Positions 24,610 to 38,908 of a stretch of 64,000 nt of DNA are shown here, in pieces (the first letter of the stretch is position 1; each line of letters opens with the position of its first letter). This DNA is from Octopus sinensis. Its lineage: Eukaryota. The notes under the pieces were generated by a model, which ran no database searches, was not told where the DNA came from, and was given only the letters and a program-made list of their open reading frames with translations. The stretch lies in assembly GCF_006345805.1 (NCBI RefSeq), contig NC_042998.1, positions 77,872,001-77,936,000 on the forward strand, in the 5' to 3' direction. A program made the position numbers and the translations under genes.

Positions 24610-24615
<6 letters not shown>
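24330..24615 (+). mobile_element. Diverged Penelope-like pseudo-LTR of the same family as 12200-12420, with hammerhead-like motif at 24484-24528
   Basis: ttacttttgacaatctttttccaaagagtgaaactggtaaagtaaataaac...gtgcggtaccctacaactc then (TA)n. Confidence 0.75.
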
Positions 24616-24669
<54 letters not shown>

Positions 24670-24670
<1 letters not shown>

Positions 24671-25130
24671 AAATAGAAAATGGGACAAGAACGCAAAACA
24701 TCCGGACAACTAGGTGATACAAAAAGGGACAACAAAACATCCAGATAGACGATACAAAAAAAAGGACGAGTCATTCGAAGACTTTTATCTTCAGTCAAGA
24801 ATCGGATCATTCTCGCAATTTCCGCTGATTAATCTTGAAATTGCTACAATCTGGCCAGCCCCAAGGAAAAACTAAGCTAAGAGCATTAGATTCCTTGGGA
24901 AAAAGCATCGAATGTATACGAATACAAAGACAGAAAAACAGACGACGTTACACGAATCTAAAAACAAAAATACAATAAAAATAACAGTAATTATATATAT
25001 ATAATAACATAAATAATATATAAACATAGTAACATAAATAATATGATCGAACGCCACGCATCCATTTCCAAGCATATAGGTATATACATTGACAAACAGA
25101 CTTACATTCACGAATTCATGTTTCCGCATC
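24670..25130 (-). mobile_element. Pseudo-LTR-like repeat of another family, abutting (TA)n
   Basis: T-rich minus-strand tail running into TA; shares gaacgc.acgcatccatttc with 43237-43260. Confidence 0.45.
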
Positions 25131-27384
25131 AATGAATCCCTAATTGTTGCGCTTCTTTAATTGTTGGAAAGTTGCTTCCTTGAATAATTTTCCCAACAGA
25201 ACACATATCAATGTTTGCATAGAGTAAGTGCATCATTATATATAAGCGCACATTCACAGCACACACACATATTTATACAAACACATACATATATATTGCT
25301 ATATATACACATACATCCTTATATATATATAGAGAGAGAGAGAATGTTAGTGCCTATATGTGCACGTGTATATATGTGTGTGTGTGTGTGTGTGCGTGCG
25401 TGCATGCATGTATGTGTGTCTGCATGTGTATGTGTCATTGGAAGCGAGGTGGCGTCATTCAAAGGTTGAAACAATGTAAAGCGCATTGTAGTCAGTGAGG
25501 TGTAACATCTGATTGTTCGATCAGTCATGTGATTACGTGATATATACCTGCATGCGTGTATATGTGTTCCCGCGCGTGTGATTGTGCGTATGTTTGTGTG
25601 TTTGTGTGTGTATGTATGTGTGTATGCGTGTGTGTGTGTTTGCGCGCGCGTGTTTGTGTGTTTGTGTGTCTGTGTCTGTGTCTGTGTGAGATCATTTCTG
25701 GCTGTTTTGCAAATATCTGGATGATAGTATGTGAATACATATCTCTTTGTGTATATGTATGTATTTATTCACTTAGGTATTTATTTATTTAAGTATACAC
25801 CATGTCTTAGATTATATTTTTCCTTTGCTATCATAGACCGCTTCATCTGAGAGAAGTGAGGCATCATTTTTAAGTTCTTCTAGTTACGGAGTGCAGCATA
25901 CACTTGCATAAAATTCCCTTGATTTACATTGCACAAGTGTATATTAAAAAAATTCTTTGCATGAACTTATATATCAACTATTAAAATATACAACTTAAAA
26001 TAGAGACGGTAATCAATTAAACATATTGGCATCTTAGTTTGTGCACAATATGAGATGATGATAAAAAATAAATTTGCTACTACTAGCTCTATTTGGTAAT
26101 TAAACTTTTGCAGATAACTTAAGTTTTTGTTATTTGTTGATATGTCGACTCTTTTTCTTGAAGTTGCTTGAAAGCATGAGTCGTTTTTTCAGATATTTAT
26201 TTTATTTTTTAAAAACAGGTTTCAGTATTTCATATCTGTGTGTCTTTTCATCTTTATAGACTTTACAGCTGATGGTTATCAGCATCCGATATATTCTAAA
26301 TATCGATTTCATTAACTACTTTTTATCCCACTTTTTATACCATGAGCACGAAACTATTAATATTATAGATTTCATTCTCTATACTACCGGCTTCCTTAAT
26401 TATATCGAGGTATATGTTTTTCTGCCTCGATATGAGACATGCAAGTTTAAGGTTTTCCTATGCGTCTTTAATACTTTTAGTGCATGCATATTGTATTCCA
26501 AAACTTTTGAAGGATCCATATTTATCACGAATTGCTGGAATCAATTATTTCCATTTTCAAAGTGTTGAAAATGGAAATAACTTATGAATTCTTGCAGCAA
26601 AATTGTTTGGTTGAATGAAAAAGAATTTGATAATTACTAGCATTTGGAGTAAAATGAGATTCAAAACTCTGACAGGTGGGTTGTCCAAATTTAGAAGAGC
26701 CTCTGATTAAATATATTTATTCTCATGGCAACGTTTGAATTGATGAATCAATGCCGTGCAACTTGAATCTTACTGTGTAGCATATACCAGACACATTAAG
26801 TGTGGAGAAACCTTTCATTGCTCCAGAGGAGTAGAATTGTAAACAAGGAATAGTTCAAGTTAGGTTACTAGAATTCAGTAAGATTTCTTTCAAACTTCAT
26901 GAAACGATTTTTGCTGTTTTGTATTCTGGTAACATTCTCCTCCTTTCACATTACATTTGGACGATAAACGTATCAAAATTATCCAATATTGATCTATATG
27001 AGACACTAAATTTAGAGACATTTACATTATTCTGTAATTTCATTTCATTTTGTTAGAATTTCCTATCCAACCTCGGTATCACAATCGCTGATTATCCTGT
27101 TACACGAATGCTATGGAGATTAGGGCACTTCTTGAATATTTCGGACTATCCACAGGAAGAAAAAAGCATTTCAATAACTTCAGCAACTGTTGAAAGTAAT
27201 TTAATGCTTTTTACTAGATCATGGTTTGAGGAATGGCAAGTGATACCAGTGTACACTCATCTAACATTGTGTTTTGTACGATACGTATATTGAGCTTACT
27301 ACTAGTCTCTCTATGCTTAAAAGAAATATTAATACATATATATACATATATGTACATACACATATATATATATAGATAGAGATG

Positions 27385-27985
27385 CAGGTAAAAGCTGTAA
27401 AGTGTGATGACCGATGCAGACTTTGTGGAGTTCACACAGAAGATATGACCTACATCATAAGCAGTCGTCATCGCGGTATTATCTACCGATGAAACATGAC
27501 ATTGTAGCTAGGTCACTCTGTAATGAAATCCGTCCCGAGAATAAAGAAATAAGAACCCAGAATATGGTAGAAGCTATATCCACTCATAATAAAAAGAATA
27601 CTCGTGGAATGTACCAGTGAAGACCTCAATAAAATATAAGCACAACAAACCTGATATGATGTTTGGGATAGAGAAGAGAAACTGTGCACGCTTGTTAAAA
27701 TTAGCTTCTCAGCGGATGTTAACATAAAGCTGAAGAAAGTGACAAAGAGAACACCCGTGCTGAACTATTGAGCAAATCTGCAGTTACTCTATCCAGATGA
27801 CAAGTTCATATTTATACCTGTAATTATTAGGGCCCTGAAATATGTTACACACTGCCTAAATACCAATCTTGAGAAATTAGGCTTCTCAAAAGCAGAAAGG
27901 AGAAAGCTAATTGGAAGACAATAGATTCAATCCCTCACTGGAACTGTAAAAATCTGTAAAAGTTTCCATTTATCATTTAAATATA
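27385..27985 (+). mobile_element. 3' fragment of an RLE-type LINE
   Basis: DDRCRLCGVHTEDMTYIIS, YYLPMKHDIVA, WNVPVKTSIKYKHNKPD, FIPVII, QSLTGTVKICKSF across frameshifts. Confidence 0.8.
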
Positions 27986-28674
27986 TATGAGCATGTCTAA
28001 CTATGTAACTATATACCTGAGAATACATATATAAAAAATACAAATCTGCACTACATACATACATGCATACATACAAACAAACAAAAATACCCTGTTGTTG
28101 TTGTTGAAATTCCAATGAAGAAAACTTGAATCTAGGTTAGAAACCGGTCGTCTCTCAATTGGCAAAAAATCTTGAAGCGAATTGAATCATGACATACATA
28201 CATATAAACACACACAGACACAGACACACACTCATATATATATATATACATATATATATGTATACACATATATATATGTACATATATATAAAAATATATA
28301 CATGTATATGCATATATATGTACGTATATATATATACAAATATGTAAATGCATATATGTATGAATGCATGCATGTATGGGCGACAATTAAACATTAGGAT
28401 AGCAAGAAGACAAAAAATTCATGTAATTTCCGTATTGATCACCATCGAAATTGCTTACATTGCTTATTGACCAAATCATGGATATTACCATGCAGTAATT
28501 TAGATTAGTCGGAAGTTCCCAAATCGAATTATTCACTTAATCCATTTGCAGTTTGATCACATTCGACGATTTAATCCTTTCTTTTGGTCTCTCTTATTGT
28601 AATAAATACTTTCATATTATCCACCGTTCTCTAATCTTCATTGTTGCACACAATTTCTCTTCAATACCACTCCC

Positions 28675-28726
<52 letters not shown>

Positions 28727-28948
28727 TTCTCCTTTCTTAGGAAGTCTAACAGCTATATTGTTACTCTTCCTCGTGCCTTAATTCTGCCTGTATAACAATT
28801 TACTCTGGTTTTTCCACAGTATCCTTTAAGACATTTATTCTTCAATCAGTCTATATCATTTCTGTTGCATATTGATATTTCTACTTACCACAGTCTCTCA
28901 ACATCCTTTAACGTAAATCTCTCTTTAAATCTCTGCATTTACATATTA

Positions 28949-29004
<56 letters not shown>

Positions 29005-30109
29005 ATGTGACCTTAATACTACCATTCAACTTCTATCCTCACAGTCTAATTTTTTCAATTTTGTCACATTTTCACTCACTTGCTAATTATCTATTGCGTA
29101 TATACATGTACCTCTCATTTTGTACCCTATATTTCGTTGTCATCCCCTCCCCACCTCTCTCTATCTTACTGTCTGTCTACTATTATTTATCAATCAAATT
29201 TATTCTTAATACTTGCATCGTTCTCCCCCTCACCTCTCACTCACTATCTATTTCCTTCTCACTTCACATCATTCTATCACACTCGTTCAATTATCCTAAA
29301 AGAAATGCAGACACTTCTGTTAACGTAGCCTTGTCTATTCCTCCGCTTCCCGCCTCTATACTTTACTTTTCTGTCCTCCTGCCCTCTTCCTAAGTTTTTC
29401 TTTCATCTCGTATTTCTCATTCATGTCCTTTTTCTCTGAAGTGTCGACAAATTTAATATGACACCAGGCAAGCTTTAATTTTCTCACTTAAACAAAAGAA
29501 GTGTTCATTGCGCATTCATTTTTGGTACACACGCATTTGCGGGCTCATATAAAAACACACATATATTTCCATACAAATACCTTGTTAGGTAAGCGTACAA
29601 AATACACAAACCCATTTACACATATAAATACTCACATCAACAAACATACTATTGCAAACATATTAAATCACACACTTATTCACATAAACACAAGCGCAAG
29701 AGAAAAAACAAAACCACTTGCAAACATCATAGGCACATACACATACTCACAAGCACACTTAAGATATATCTTTTGCATACACAGGCATTTAAATTCACAC
29801 TATCTGCTCCAGTATATCTTTGTCTCTCGTTTAATATTATATATCTATATGACGGGGATTTGAATTTCAGGGTGACCTGGCTTATGTTTTACAACTTTTG
29901 AATGAGACTCATCACACAGTTACTACGCACGTGTCTTTATTTCTATGTGTAAGCATTGGTGTGCATGTGCACTTGTGTGTTTGTGTGCGTGCGTGTGTGT
30001 GTATGAATGTATGTGTATATGATTATGTGTGTGCATGTATATATATATGTGTGTTTTTATGTGTATGTATCGGTGGCCGGTGGAGAGTTCGCCAAATAGA
30101 GCAATCTTT

Positions 30110-30430
30110 GGAAGGCTACAAAGACTGCCTCAAGAAGTCTCTAATAGCATGTCAAATTAACCACCAATGCTGGTCAGACCTGGCTGCGGACCGTGATGTT
30201 TGGCGCCACACGATCTTCAACGCAGTCAGCAAGTTTGAGAAACAAAGAAGAGATGCACTTATTAAAGACAAGAGATGCAGGAGGAAGGCGCGGGCCGCCT
30301 CTGACACCACACCGGATGTTACCTTCGTCTGTGGACACTGCTCACAGACCTGCCTTTCTCATATCGGACTTGTCAGTCATGAGCGTGCATGCACGCGACG
30401 TGGACAGCCTTCCTGATCTTCGTTCGCGAA
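30110..30430 (+). mobile_element. 3' fragment of an RTE-clade LINE with C-terminal C2H2-like finger
   Basis: YKDCLKKSL, WSDLAADRDVWR, FVCGHCSQTCLSHIGLVSHERAC; ends tgatcttcgttcgcgaa. Confidence 0.88.
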
Positions 30431-31449
30431 CCTCAAATTTCGAGGGCGATTATTTCTCATTAGAATATGAAGTGAGTCATATGGAGCCCTGTCATTCCAT
30501 TTCTAGTCAATATTTTACTTTTAAGTGTTCCTCGTTGCAATTATCATTCGATTAACTCCCTATACTAATAAAATGTTCAAGCAGGAGGCTACTTAATGGC
30601 TTGAAGGATAACTGGAATTAAAAAATAGAAACAAAAATATAGAAACCCTGACAAGGTCTCAGCCCACACAGAACTAACATTTTGACATCATGATAGCAGT
30701 TAAGCCAACGTGTGCGTGCATATGAAACAGTTGCGTTTTGGAAATACCAAACAAATTTACCTCAAACAACATTTTATTGTCTCAAAAATAAACTTGATGT
30801 ATAATCTGCTTCTGTACATTTTAATAGACAACGACTATTCTGTAAAACAATAGTCGTTGTTTATTAAAGCCCTTTCCATCACACGTTTGTATTTCGGAGC
30901 GGATCTGAGACTAAACGACATCGGAACTATTGCGGTTCTTCCAGATAATATTCATATTGATTTTATTCTTTAACATCTCAGAAAGAGCTTATTGTGAGAA
31001 ACAATAGCTTGACTCGACTTCAATGTATTAGTAGTATCTGATATACTACTGCTTATAAAATGAAAGAAACATAAAGCAAGAGCGTTACCATTTACAATAT
31101 AAAATAAAGAAGTCTGTATATGATAATAAATATACTATATCGTACTATTGAAAGTGCGAAATTAAACCGTAAACACCAAGAGAGTATTCGATTTAAAATT
31201 AATATGATACATTTGTTCGCTCGAGAAACAAACACAGACAATAAATGTCTCATATATTCTGCGTATCTCACTTGAACAATACTAAAGAAATTCATATATT
31301 GTATGAAGTTCAAAAACTGAGAAAAGTTGTAAAATTTATATGAAAATGTACTGCTCAAATCAGAATATATTAAATCCTGTCAAAATATGGAAGCATGGTG
31401 TTATTATATGAGTTCATGTTTACACACAATGTGTACACGCACATATACA

Positions 31450-31508
<59 letters not shown>

Positions 31509-31510
31509 CA

Positions 31511-31545
<35 letters not shown>

Positions 31546-32571
31546 GTATGTATGCATATATCTGTGTATGCATACATACAAACATAGATATACACGCACA
31601 TATATACATATATATACAGAGAGGGAGGGGCAGAGGGAATGGGAGAGGGAATGAGAGAGAGAGAAAGAGAGAAACACTTTACACAAATATATTTTTTTTT
31701 ATGTAAAATTATTTATAAACTATTTAAAATCATCTGAAGATTTACACAATACATTTTGGTAAAGTATATATATACTGAACTTTCAAAACAAGACGTTTAA
31801 CAGTGACTTCGAAGCTTCTGCTTGTTCGAATTGGTCCGAATGTGCTGTACTTAGGGTTGCTTTTTGACTTTATATAGTCTTCGTCTGTGTTGCTGTTTTC
31901 GGGAGTCCGTGAAGCTATATGAAGTGATAATTAGGTGTGATGCATATCACACAGGGACATACTTGGAAGGTTTTATTTCGCTCAAAGTAGGCATATATTT
32001 ATAATTTAGGGTTCAGTGAAATATGGATATAACTATGTAAGCAGGCGCATCGAATTCAAGTCTCCCAGCTTCAAGTTATGACATTCTTTATACAGAGTGT
32101 TTTTTTATGTTGTGTTTTAAGGTTTAGAAACGCTATATACAAATAAATGACTCAGTCTACAGTAACACTGTTGAAGACAATACATATGTGTAGATGTTTA
32201 TGACAACCTGGTCCTTAGAGAAAGGCTGGTATCAGAAAGAAATATAAAATATTTTCCGCATTTTCTTCATAATTCAGCTTGATTTTATATTTGACTGTCT
32301 CTTTATTACCCTCTCTTTTTCTCTTTTAATCTTGCCCCTATATATTGAGTTCCAGTGCTACTTCAAATTTTGCGGGCACCTGACGGGAGCCCGACTTCTC
32401 CGGGCTTTTGGATTCGGCATTCGAGAATCCTGAAAGAGTATGCACCTGTTAGGGGCCTGAGAAACTTAAAGTAGCATGGGACCGAATCAAACATGTAACA
32501 CCTACTAAAAGTGTTAAGTGGCTGGCCCTTTTTCTTTTAGTTTGTTTATTCACTCGTATACACACACACAC

Positions 32572-32637
<66 letters not shown>

Positions 32638-32995
32638 CGAGCAAAACGCCCCCCACACAATGGACGGTGCTGAATTGTCAAACATTTAAACCAAATTTTC
32701 TCAAAATGATTTGTCCGCTCGTCCCATAGGCCTCCTTTTGAGAAACACTGAATATACTAAATTTGAGACACCAGCAAAAGAAGAAATAAAGATATACTTT
32801 TTTTCTATTCCAAAGAAAAACGATTTCCCACGGCTTTATCGATTGCATTCTCATCTGGAATCGATTTTTGGAATTTTACACGCCCTGATACCGTCGGTAT
32901 CTACATACCAAATTTGAGCTCAGTCGGATGGAGGATGCCCGTGATCATAGAAGCCACACACATACACAGACAGAACGGATTTTATACAAGAGATA
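32638..32995 (+). mobile_element. Non-autonomous Helitron/Helentron-like element, second copy
   Basis: Colinear with 14319-14850 but lacks its ~190-bp internal segment. Confidence 0.5.
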
Positions 32996-33214
32996 TACAT
33001 AATTTAAGAAACGGAGAGAACGTGACAACAGAAAAAAAAAGACAATTACGCGAGGACGTGGTATATGCAGAGTATTAATAAGACGCTCAGAGAAGGAAAG
33101 AAAGAGTGGTTGGTTAACGTTTCGATCAAGCTCTTCTTTGGAAACAAGAGACCGGAAAGTTCAAAAGAAGAGGCAGGAGGGGGAGGGAAAAAATTTGCCA
33201 GCAGTCCACGTTAT

Positions 33215-33704
33215 TCTTTTATTCATTTATTTGTTTCAGTTATTTGACTGCGGCCATAGTGGAGCACCACAACGAGGTTTTGTATAACAAATCGTCTCCA
33301 GGACTTATTCTTTGTAAGCCTAGAAATTATTATATCCTCTCTTTTGCCGTACCACTAAGTTACAGGTACATAACTATACCAAACATCGGTTGTCAAGCGA
33401 TAGTGGAGGGGATAAACACAGACACACAAACATTATATATATATATATAAATATAATATTATTAGAGACAAAACCACTATTTTGCAAAACAAACAAGGAA
33501 AGACTTAATCAATACATAAAATTTTAATAAAAAGTCAAAAAAACCGCCACTACAATTGTTTCTGTATTGATTAAGTCTTTCCTTGTTTGTTTTGCAAAAT
33601 AGTGGTTTTGTCTCTAATAATATTATATAATATTTTACTATAAAATTGGATTTAATCCTAAATCTGATTTTTTCCCTGTAAATTTGGATTTATTCCCTAA
33701 TATT

Positions 33705-33756
<52 letters not shown>

Positions 33757-33960
33757 TATATTTACACACACACACACACACACTATATATATATATATTA
33801 TATATATATATATCTACGACGGGCTTCTTCCAGGTTCCGTCTACCAAATCCACTCACAAAGATTTGGTCAACCCGAGACTATAGTAGAAGACACTTGCCA
33901 CACAATGGGATTAAGCCAGGAACCATGTCATTAGGAAGCAAGCTACTTACCCCACAGTCG
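33215..33960 (-). mobile_element. SINE-like repeat (same as 13040-13390) split by an insertion at ~33431-33690
   Basis: First half 33215-33425 and second half 33835-33960 match successive parts of 13040-13390. Confidence 0.7.
33431..33690. mobile_element. Fold-back pseudo-LTR-like insertion (inverted arms ~33431-33500 / 33566-33628)
   Basis: tattattagagacaaaaccactattttgcaaaacaaacaaggaaagacttaatcaatac is mirrored exactly; both ends lie in (TA)n. Confidence 0.7.
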
Positions 33961-34149
33961 CGCCTGCACCTATGTACAAATTGCTATATATAAATACCTA
34001 TATACAAATATATATACATATATATATGCTGTATATATTATGTAGTGTATATACTCTCTACATTGCACATTTCTGTCAGTGTGTAAATACTAATATTTTA
34101 GAATGTCTAATGGAATTTAATGCATTTGTGTACATTTAAACTAATTAAA

Positions 34150-35290
34150 TATTATTTTACAGAATAATAAAATTAAAAATTCTTTGATTAAAACTCTTTC
34201 TAACATGAAAGTATCCAAAGAGCATTTGAAGCACATTATGCTTTATGAGAACAAAAAAATAGAAACTCTGCAGCCGAAGCGACTCGAAACATACACTCAG
34301 TTTATGGGAAAGAATGCTTGAATGAAAGAACTTGCAGAAGATTGTTTGCAAAATTCAGAAGTGAAGATTTCAGCCTTGAAGATGAAGATCGAACAGGACG
34401 TCCAGTTGAGTTTGATGCTAAGCTCCTTGAAGAAAATCCTGCATAATCAGTTGAAGAACTGGCAATAAAGCTTAGTTCAAAGCATACAACTGTTCATCGT
34501 CATCTTCAACAACTTGGAAAGGTTCCTAAACTTGGAACATGGATGCCTTATGAATTGTCCGAAAGCAATCGCAAATCTCAAGTTGCCATCTGCTCTTCTC
34601 TCCATTCTCGCGAACTCTTTTCACCAATTTTGGATAGACTTGCGACTGGTGACGAATAATGGATCTTCTATCGAAATGTTAAACGTTGTAAAATGTGGCT
34701 TGGTAAAAGGAAAAAAAAGCTCAACTACAACCGAGAAGGGAAATTCATGGAAAAAAATGTTCATCTCTCTATCTGGTGGGATTGCAAAGGAGCAATTCAC
34801 TTTGAATTGTTACCACCTAATGAAACAATCAATGCTCAAGTCTACTGTCAGCAATTGAGGCGTTTGAACGAAGATTTGAAGAGAAGAAGACCTGTTTTAG
34901 TGAATCGAAAAGGAGTGATGTTTCATCAGGACAATGCGCAACCCCACACTGCAAAGATCACATCACAGAAAATCTAAAAGCTTGTTTGGTAAAACATTCC
35001 TCATCCACCTCATTCTCCCGACCTTGCTCCTTCAGACTACAATTTGTTTTGTAGTTTACCGAATTATTTGGGGGACATAATTTTCGCAAGCCAGGAGGAG
35101 GGCGAAACTGTCATTCCAGAGCTCTCCGTTTTGAAATCGAAACGGTTTTACATTAATGGGATTAAAAAGCTTGTAAATAGATGGAAGGAAGTCCTAGATA
35201 ATCAGGCAAAGTACATTGATGATTAAATTTCAATTTATCACTTGTTTTCTTTATTCAAATTTCGGACAGAACTTATGGGATTACCTAATA
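34150..35290 (+). mobile_element. Decayed mariner transposon; transposase relic 34205-35226
   Basis: MKVSKEHLKHIMLYE, EDEDRTGRP, WMPYEL, TGDE, WWDCKG, HQDNAQPH, HPPHSPDLAPSDY; right end cttatgggattacctaa followed by TA. Confidence 0.92.
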
Positions 35291-35753
35291 TATAAGTATT
35301 GTATCTGTGTGCTATTTAGTAAATCTGCAGAGAGTAGTAAGGTATTATCTCATAGTCAAGGCAACTTTGAAATGTAAGCTGCTTTCAATATATTTTACTA
35401 GGCATAAAGCAGCCATTATTTTTTCTCTCTTATACTGAGAAAGGACTGAAACAAGTGGTAATATGAAAATGTGCACTCCTATATGTAATATAAGCGTGGA
35501 TGTTTATTTAAGGGTATACCAATAATGGTGTAATGATATAAGCGATGTCTTATATACATAGTCAAAGATTAGATACACAGGCAGACGCACAAAAACGCAT
35601 GAACACATAAATACAATACACTCATACACACGTACATACATACAAACAGGCAGACAGACAGACGGATAGAAACACACACACAGAGACGCACCTCCCATAT
35701 ATAAAAACACATACACATACATATATATATGTATGTATATATATATACATGTA

Positions 35754-35794
<41 letters not shown>

Positions 35795-35869
35795 ATATGT
35801 ATATATATATATATGTACATGTATATATGTATATATGTATCTCTCTCCCTCTCTCTCTCTTTCTGTATA

Positions 35870-35900
<31 letters not shown>

Positions 35901-37389
35901 CATGCATGCATATACATATAAACACACACACACGAACCCACACGTTATGTACAGAGCAAATGATTATGCTGAAAAGGTGGTGAGTCATAAAGATAAAACA
36001 GGAGAAAAACAGTAAATGAGAATGAACAGACATCAGGTTAAATTGAAATGGAAAATTTGAGTGAGATAGCGCTTAATGTTAAATAAAAACACCCATGTGT
36101 GCCTGTGCATGTGTATGTGTGCGTGTATTAATCATATAAGCGCTGACAAGGCGCCCATAATTATAAAAATTCAACAAAAATTTTAAAATGCAAGACATTT
36201 CTGACAACTGTTATATAAATCGACTGATAAACTGCACTAGTGTAGTTACACTCAATTGAAAAGTACCGCAATACAAGTTCCGTTGACCTAAATAATATTT
36301 ACTTACACACAGCGTACATTGCCCTATGTTAGAGAATTTGTTTAGGATTATATTATGTAGCGATTTGTCATCAGTTTTGCTCCTCTCACCCACTGCACAT
36401 GCTGACTCTCTACTCCTCGAAGCATTGTAGATGAGTCTCTATTGACTTTTGATAATTTTTGAAAATACGTTTTGAAAATAGAATTTCCATGATTGATAAA
36501 TGGTGAAAACAAACTTCATACAAACAATAAAATTTCCATGATTGATAAATGGTGAAAACAAACTTCATACAAGCATACAGTAGGTCTTTACATGTGTCAT
36601 ATAGTGAGTTGATAAACTACGATTAACCAAGATTATTCAAGCAGCCTGTAGAGAAAAATGTTACTCTAGGGATGTTTAAATTGTAAAAGCTACAAACAAC
36701 GAAATTCAGTACAATAAAATCAATGGAGTGAATTGTTATTTTATTCTCTCAATATTTTTTTTGTTTTGAAAATATAAATGTAATTACTACCTAGATGCCA
36801 TACTTTTACCATCAGATATTTCTGTTTCCGCTTTTCTTCGCACATTCTAGTATCCCATAATAATACCACACAATAAAACTAAAAATCATTTCAGAGTCCA
36901 AATCGTATGTACGCACATTTCATGGGTTATGAATTTAAAGTATAACGTATATATGTATCTAAAATTTAAAAAAGAAAAATTTCGTTTAGTATTGCTTGAG
37001 GCTATGTCTAACTGAGCGAAATTATGAAGTCATATCCTTCATTCTTGGATTGAATAACAAACGCAAGAGTTCCCGTTGACCTGAAACATATCATGTGATA
37101 TTCCTTGGATAAATTTACATTTCTTAGTTATAAGATTATCTTCTTTGGTGACTTGTTTCGAAATAATCGTGAATAAATGGGTCTCGGTTGACATAAATGT
37201 GTTGTGTTTGAATATAGGTTGGAATTTTTTCGATGACATTTTGCATTGGAATCATACCATAAAGCATTATAGATATAAGCTACAATCATTTAGATTAAAC
37301 TGATAGTATATTCTCTAGATCTTACATATGTATAATTCACATCTGAAATCTACACGTTTGGAAAATTTCACTTTAATTTACTGTTAAAA

Positions 37390-37600
37390 GGGTCAGTAGA
37401 GCATCGGGAAAATGCTTTGCAACATTTCTTCCTGCATTTTACGGTCCGAGTTCAAATTCCTCGAGGTCAAATTTGTCTTTCATCCTTTCGGGGTTGTTAA
37501 AATAAAATATCAGTCAAATACTAGGACAGATGTCATCCAGAAACATCCCTCCCCCGAATAAACTGTCGGTCTTATGTCAAGATTTGAAACTATTATTATT
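37390..37600 (+). mobile_element. Diverged SINE
   Basis: gagttcaaattcctcgaggtcaaatttgtctttcatcctttcgggg matches 16075-16125. Confidence 0.65.
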
Positions 37601-38059
37601 GTTGCTATTGTCGTCATCATAATTCATTGCACAATGTCTTTCATCTGCTTTTCCTTCAAGTAAACTCTTAAATATGAACGGAAAGCATTATACAGAAAGA
37701 AGCTCTCAAATAATATGAGGGGGTTTGAAGGGGTGCAAACACTTGCATGTTTGTCTTCTTTTACCAATAACCCTTTTCATGTATAAACAACTGATATTTG
37801 CCTTTCGATGAAGTGCCCCCTACATAGTGCATGTTTTTCTCATTTTCTTTCAAATTCCATCTCTTAGTCAATTCACCATCTCATCGCCGCACACCAACTG
37901 TCCATAAATGCATTGCATTTATCACTATTTTTCTTTTGAAGTTTAGACTTCAATACAAGCTTCAAGTTTTCCAAATACACCGTTTTCAATTTTCCATTAA
38001 TTTATTTCCTTCTTCAGTTGTTGTTGATGTTGCCATTGTTGTTGTTCTTGTGCTTGTTG

Positions 38060-38217
38060 TTGTTGTTGTTCTTCTTCTTCTTCTTCTTCTTCTTCTTCTT
38101 CTTTTCTTCTTCTTCTTCTTCTTCTTCTTCTCTTCTTCTTCTTCTTCTTCTTCTTCTTCTTCTTCTTCTCTTCTTCTTCTTCTTCTTCTTCTTCTTCTTC
38201 TTCTTTTCTTCTTCTTC

Positions 38218-38249
<32 letters not shown>

Positions 38250-38280
38250 CTTCTTCTTCTTCTTCTTCTACTTCTACTTC
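38060..38280. repeat. (CTT)n microsatellite
   Basis: Directly visible. Confidence 0.95.
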
Positions 38281-38625
38281 TCCTTTTACTTTTACTTGTC
38301 ATCATTATATAATATGCTTAACTGAGTTTCATTTTGAATCAGTGTTCTTGATACCGGGTTACAACCAGTTTTCGAGGACCATTGGGAAAATATTTGCTTT
38401 CCTAATAAAACAGATTTCTGTATTACTGCAACTCTCGTAGTTACACCGGTTTTAGTAAGGAAACTACCCAATATGTCGGTAACGGTACCCAGGGCGTCTA
38501 TAACAGTAAAATCCCATAAAACCCTAAGTTAATCCCTCTCTATTATACACTTCAAGTAGTTAGATACCATTTCTGCTAACTTCAGACCGCTTTACCGTAA
38601 TAAATCCCAATATATGTATGTATGT

Positions 38626-38908
38626 GGAGGCGCAATGGCGTAGGACCGCTGTTTCGATTCCCAGACCGGGCGGTATGATTGTTTATTGAGCGAAAACACC
38701 TAAAGCTCCACGAGGCTCTGGTAGGGGGTGGTGGCGATCCCTGCTGTACCCTTTCGCCACAACTTTCTCTCACTCTTTCTTCTGTTCGCCTGCTCGCTTA
38801 GCCAGCGGAGTGGCGTCATTTGACGGCTAAAACAATGCGAGGCGCATTGTGACCAGGGCTATGTAGCAACATCTGATAGCCTGGTCGGTCACGGTGATCA
38901 CGGTGATA
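38626..38908 (+). mobile_element. Second tRNA-derived SINE family, with a deletion in the head
   Basis: ggaggcgcaatggc...gtttcgattcccagacc (B-box like)...gtcacggtgatcacggtgat tail; a decayed 3' end also occurs at ~25440-25545. Confidence 0.75.

Noticed and set aside
24764-24800. Minus-strand CUGAAGA...GAAU-GACUC-GUC hammerhead-like string
   Set aside because: GAAA is broken and stem I cannot pair in this copy.
26545-26582. Short perfect hairpin ttccattttcaa/ttgaaaatggaa
   Set aside because: Small AT-rich palindrome, expected by chance or local fold-back in such DNA.
28110-28160. AUGAAGA...GAAACCGGUC motif
   Set aside because: Position 3 is A and there is no stem I; at most a decayed pseudo-LTR piece.
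30821-30867. 19-bp hairpin considered as a pre-miRNA or Helitron end
   Set aside because: Stem too short with no basal extension, and no Helitron terminal motif recognised nearby.
36481-36572. Two-copy ~49-bp tandem duplication
   Set aside because: Ordinary slippage duplication with no spacers; not CRISPR-like.
37831-38440. ORFs with poly-L/F/S/R/E runs
   Set aside because: Translations of the (CTT)n tract.
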